Assembly: GCA_965237525.1 (NCBI GenBank) | Contig: CBDEFO010000008.1 | Location: 1,664,001 to 1,728,000 of the forward strand | Direction: 5' to 3' | Source: Candidatus Latescibacterota bacterium | GTDB taxonomy: Bacteria > Latescibacterota > CBDEFO01 | DNA length: 64,000 nucleotides | In this document: in pieces, positions 59,794 to 64,000 of the stretch | Numbering within the stretch: position 1 is the first letter of the stretch | Layout of the letters: every line of letters starts with the position of its first letter | The notes under the pieces: model-generated | Database searches by the model: none | Told to the model about the DNA's origin: nothing | The model's input: the letters and a program-made list of their open reading frames with translations, nothing else | Program-made: the position numbers and the translations under genes

Positions 59794-61303
59794 TTATTCC
59801 ACCCACTTGCTGACGCATGGAAAATCTTGGGGTATGCTGTCTATGATTCGACTTATATGAAGCCTACTATTTTTATCTAAATCAAGTAGCTTGAGGATGT
59901 CTTTTCGGGTCGGGACGCTTTCAGTCGCTTGGCCCTGCACGATTTCAACCTGAATGTGTGCAAGATAGTGCAGAAACCAAAGGAGCGTTCGCCTTGCCAG
60001 ACTCCGGGCCTCACGAAGATACCCTAAATAGGTTTGGTTCTCGGGCAGATTACCATGTACCAGATCAGATCGAATTTCATATAGTCTCTTAAATTCTTTT
60101 CTGAGGTCTTTTCTCTCCTTCTTGGTCTTTCCTAAAATTGAGGCGATCCGCCCAGCTAGTCGCTCTGTTATTCCTTCTCCCTCTTCTCCCAGGAGGGCCT
60201 CCAACACTGTGATGTGCCACAATAACTCCTCCAAATCTCCATATTCAGTGGAAAATGCTTTGATGAAGTAAGCCAGAGCAGTGTCCAGGAACTTCCACTC
60301 ATCATCCTTGGTTTCCAGACTATCAAAAAGACTCCCTATATGTTGGATAAAAGCCTTGAACGAGTCCGTTTCATTTTCATCAAGTGGGATATAAACTGCT
60401 GGCATCTCACCGATTTCCTCACCTGTCCCGTCAAGAATTGGATCTGTGCCCAACCTCCTCGGAAGCTCTGGTATAAATGTTGGGTGCGTGAGCAAGTTAT
60501 CATCCACCGTCAGGACAAAGGGAATATTGAGTCTCGCGTCCCGATAGATCCCCCGCCGATCGTTTCCATAAGTTCCTTTCCACCATCCTTCTTCCCAAAT
60601 TGTACAGTGCGAGTTTATGGAGGGCGGACTCGATGGCTCTGGGGTGCTTTGTGTACTTGATTCTCACATGACCAAGTATCGAGTCCCAATCGACAGGAAT
60701 GTGGTGATCTACTTCGGAGACAGGAACTTGCTCTGTGCAGTAGATGAACCAGTAATTCTGTAGCTGTAGTTGCTCTACATCAATATGGCTCCAGGGAGGA
60801 TAGAAAACCTCGTTAACTGTAGTTGAAAGAATTGTCTTCAGTTGATCTAATGAGAACGTTCGAACCTGAAATGCATCAAATTCCAATGGTTCAGCAAAAT
60901 TAACAAATTCCATTGGAGCAAGATAACTGATATTGATTTTCTGCCTTTTTGGGGCTTCACAATATTTCTGAAAGGTATCATCAAAATTAGGTCTCTTTCC
61001 CTCAAAAATATCCAGATAGTAACTAGACCGACGAAAGAATTGCTTGACGACAGCTTGACCTGCCGACTGTCTTTTCCTATGGTCTTCCGAAAGCAAAGAG
61101 AGGGTTTCTTTTGCCAATTGGCGAAACTCATCGCCGTTCTCCAGTTCATCAACCTTGTCCTGAAGTTCCCATGTCTTATTTATAACCAGCCTCAGTGGTG
61201 CTTTCACATTCGGCTTTTCACTCCGCTTCTGAAGCTTCGATTGGATGGCGTCCGTATAGTTGCGAAATGCTTTATATAGATTATCTGCCATATCTTTCTC
61301 CAC
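59794..61303 (-). pseudogene. ApeA-like HEPN-domain protein with a single frameshift near 60598
   Basis: C-terminal LEALL...RLA...LYEIRSDLVHG; removing one T joins LALYN to WEEGWW...LNIPFVLTVDDNLL. Confidence 0.7.
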
Positions 61304-61386
61304 CTCTATGCTGCTGTTTCACCTGATGGGTCGTTGGTTTGTGAAAGGACACAAAGTGTAAAGGCTTGTTTATTTCATCCGTAAAA

Positions 61387-62241
61387 CTACCCTGTCACCC
61401 CGAAGTTATCCAGAAAAATCACAAAATCGGACAGACCGACCTCTCCATCGTCATCCAGATCAAATATGGGATTCCAGTCAGACGAACTTGCCGTTGTCGC
61501 AAACGCATCCAAGAAAAGGACAAAATCTGAAAGGCCTACTTCATTATTCAGGTCGAAATCTCCTAAGAGTAGCGCTTGGGTGGGGCCTCCTTGGTCGTAA
61601 ACTAACACATCGTCAACCCAAACCTCACGTCCTCCAACTATCAAGCCGAGATTTTCTGACCCGCTGGATGTCGGAAACCCGGAAATATTGAAGACCTGGA
61701 TGAAATCATCGTCCACCCCTTCGCGAAGTGCCCACATCAAGGCATTTTCGTCTATGAGCGAAAGCTTGAGCCTCATCCATGTAAAAGGCACTGGGGAGCG
61801 TGCGACCTGGATTATGCGCAACCCTCCTTGAGTATCCCCCCAGCCGACCGCTGCCAAGGCCCCAGATATCCCGAACCAGAACCCTGAATCCGCTCCTATA
61901 TTCGCCGCTGTTCGGTTATTGCGGAAGTAGATGTTTGCGCCTTGATTCTGACTTACGTCCCAGATGCGTACTTCGATAGTATAATCCGAAGCTGCGAAGT
62001 TCGCGATGTTGATTACGGCGAAGTCAACTCCGTTTATCAACCGCGCTACGTGATTTCCATCCACATCAATGACATCCCATTCCCCGTTGACCACATCCCA
62101 TTTTTCCAGTCCTCCCGATTCAAAATCGTCAGCAAAGAGCGTTTCACCTGATGGGGTAGGCGCAAAGCCGATTGAACAGATCAAGAACAAAATTATAGTA
62201 GTTCCTGTTCCGGCTATGCTTACGTTAAGCTTTATTGACAT
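61387..62241 (-). CDS. Secreted concanavalin-like domain protein with C-terminal dockerin-like/EF-hand pair
   Basis: Signal peptide, LFADDFESG..W, GDFDLNNEVGLSDF and FDLDDDGEVGLSDF. Confidence 0.7.
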   Translation of the reverse strand: MSIKLNVSIAGTGTTIILFLICSIGFAPTPSGETLFADDFESGGLEKWDVVNGEWDVIDVDGNHVARLINGVDFAVINIANFAASDYTIEVRIWDVSQNQGANIYFRNNRTAANIGADSGFWFGISGALAAVGWGDTQGGLRIIQVARSPVPFTWMRLKLSLIDENALMWALREGVDDDFIQVFNISGFPTSSGSENLGLIVGGREVWVDDVLVYDQGGPTQALLLGDFDLNNEVGLSDFVLFLDAFATTASSSDWNPIFDLDDDGEVGLSDFVIFLDNFGVTG

Positions 62242-62499
62242 GGTCTTTTCTCTACTTTGATACGGGAGAAATCTTTTGGAAATTCTTAAGTCCCAGAGTA
62301 TCTCAGTCCCGATGATTAATATAAGTACTCGATATATGTAAGTCAACTATTCAAGAGTTTGCTCTTTACTTCGGAGCGTTTTTTTCATACCTTATAGATA
62401 ACCGGCGTGTAGAGTCCATAGTTTGGGAATGCCTTTAGAGCTCAGGAAGTAGCTTAGCAAGAGCAGATAAAGAGTTTGGAAAGGATTGGGAGGTCGAAG

Positions 62500-63300
62500 A
62501 TGAAATTAGAAGGCAAAAAAGCCATAGTCACAGGCGGCGCAAGCGGGATAGGAAAGGGGATAGTTATGTGCATCGCCCAGGATGGAGCCGATGTAGCGGT
62601 TGTGGATTTAAACGCTCTTGAGGGCGAGAAGGTCGCTGCAGAAGTGGAGAACCTGGGGCGAAGGTCATTCTTTGTGAAAATGGACGTCACAAAGAAAGAA
62701 GAAGCGGCTTTAATGGTCAAAAGGGTACTCGATGAGCTCGAAACGATAGATGTACTCGTAAACAGTGTGGGAGCTATGAGTAAGAGGGTGGGAATGCCCT
62801 TTACTAACAACGAAGAGGAGGACTGGGATAGCATGTTTAACATCAACCTTAAGTCTCAGTTTCTCATCTGTAAGGAAGTCGTTCCACACATGATCTCCCG
62901 AAGGAGCGGAAAGATCATAAACATATCTTCAATAAGCGGCCCCCTCTCCAGTCAGACTAATCCCCCTTACAGTGTTGCAAAAGCGGGGATTATCACCTTC
63001 ACCCGTATTATGGCAAAGGACCTTGCTCCTCACAATATAAACGTGAATGCGATCTGCCCTGGAATTATCTGGACCCCTTTCTGGCTGGACCTTGCTCCGT
63101 CCATAGGTAAAGCTAATCCCGAATACGCCGGCTTGGAGCCGAGAGAACTCGTCGATAGATGGATAGAAAAGCTCGTGCCGCTTAAAAGGGAGCAGACGCC
63201 TGAAGACATTGGATACCTTGCGGCTTTCCTTGCATCCGATCAGGCGAAGAATATTACAGGACAGGCGATCAACGTCGATGGCGGAATCATAATGCATTAG
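62500..63300 (+). CDS. Short-chain dehydrogenase/reductase
   Basis: TGGASGIG, YSVAK, NAICPG, ITGQAINVDGG. Confidence 0.93.
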   Translation: MKLEGKKAIVTGGASGIGKGIVMCIAQDGADVAVVDLNALEGEKVAAEVENLGRRSFFVKMDVTKKEEAALMVKRVLDELETIDVLVNSVGAMSKRVGMPFTNNEEEDWDSMFNINLKSQFLICKEVVPHMISRRSGKIINISSISGPLSSQTNPPYSVAKAGIITFTRIMAKDLAPHNINVNAICPGIIWTPFWLDLAPSIGKANPEYAGLEPRELVDRWIEKLVPLKREQTPEDIGYLAAFLASDQAKNITGQAINVDGGIIMH

Positions 63301-63321
63301 ACTGAGACTTTCTCATTTGAA

Positions 63322-64000
63322 ATGTTCCGGCTACTAAACGAACTGAAGGATAAGATCTGCATTCCGGGTCCCCAGGTCGATATATCTGGATTAGAGATAG
63401 ATAACCTGAGGAAAAAATCAGTTGTGGTCCTCCCGGCGGGAGGAGAGGGCACCAGAATGCGTCAGCTTACAGAGGCGCAAGGTCTCCACAAAGTTGTTCT
63501 GAGACCCGAAGGAGGCGAAAGCCTGATCCAAAGGATCGTCGAAATGTACAGGGATGCAGGCCTGACAGAATTTGTAGCTTTGATATACTATGAGGGAGAG
63601 TCTGTAGTGAACGATTTGGGCGACGGGAGTTCGCTGGGCGTAAAGATAACTTATAGCCAAGACCCCGGAGGACCTGTAGGCAGAGGAGGAGCTATCTTAA
63701 ACGCTATGGAGAATGGGATATTAGCTGAGGGCAGTACACTTATTGTCCACAATCCCGATGATCAGATAGTCCGTTATTCCGGATCGTTTCCCGATGATAT
63801 ACTCAAAGGGCACCTTCAGGGTGCAAAAGAGGGAGCTGTAGCCACGGCTGTGGTTGTGCCCGAGACTCCCTACAGCTACACGGGCTTTAAGATCGAGGGC
63901 GGAAAGATAAGACAGATCGCTGCGTATCCTCCTGTGCCGATCCCTGCGCACACAGGAGTGACCGTTCTCGGACCTGAGACGTTTTCATACTTCAGAAAGA
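63322..64000 (+). CDS. Sugar-phosphate nucleotidyltransferase family protein, 3'-partial
   Basis: Manual translation: VVLPAGGEGTRM, LGDGSSLGVKITYS, GRGGAI; runs off the window. Confidence 0.85.
   Translation, partial: MFRLLNELKDKICIPGPQVDISGLEIDNLRKKSVVVLPAGGEGTRMRQLTEAQGLHKVVLRPEGGESLIQRIVEMYRDAGLTEFVALIYYEGESVVNDLGDGSSLGVKITYSQDPGGPVGRGGAILNAMENGILAEGSTLIVHNPDDQIVRYSGSFPDDILKGHLQGAKEGAVATAVVVPETPYSYTGFKIEGGKIRQIAAYPPVPIPAHTGVTVLGPETFSYFRK

Noticed and set aside
361..63951. The many short antisense and alternate-frame ORFs in the track, and N-terminal extensions of def, nuoEF, fdhF and the helicase
   Set aside because: Shadows of well-supported genes or translations of repeat DNA; no motifs or RBS support

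Overview
Bacterial chromosomal window, probably from a Latescibacterota-like lineage (inferred from a DUF6785/6784-type membrane protein, a CBM9-like protein and a dockerin-like secreted protein; not proven). Housekeeping content: cytochrome c maturation (ccmE-F-H-I-like-A-B-C), a PAP2/GT9/triple-GT4 surface-glycan operon, def-larE, methylmalonyl-CoA mutase, argH, an NAD-linked formate dehydrogenase (nuoEF fusion plus fdhF) split by aconitase and a methyltransferase, cysE and several oxidoreductases. Accessory content: an MNT-HEPN toxin-antitoxin pair beside a Type III restriction remnant, a 1.2-kb tandem duplication, two degenerate IS3 copies, a decaying GC-rich island in the 3' end of tRNA-Val(GAC) (intact VapBC-type pair, shattered SF1 helicase-nuclease), and an IS1182/IS5-like element (TTAA target duplication) interrupting a Tes/MJ0619-like radical SAM gene. 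Most notable: a dispersed ~21-bp palindrome (CCCCGAT-N7-ATCGGGG) that, by comparison of the two IS3 copies, behaves as a net +20-bp insertion and also nests inside REP-like repeats and inside itself; and an unannotated 55-aa ORF with a near-consensus sigma-54 promoter. All calls come from reading motifs by eye; no database searches were run.
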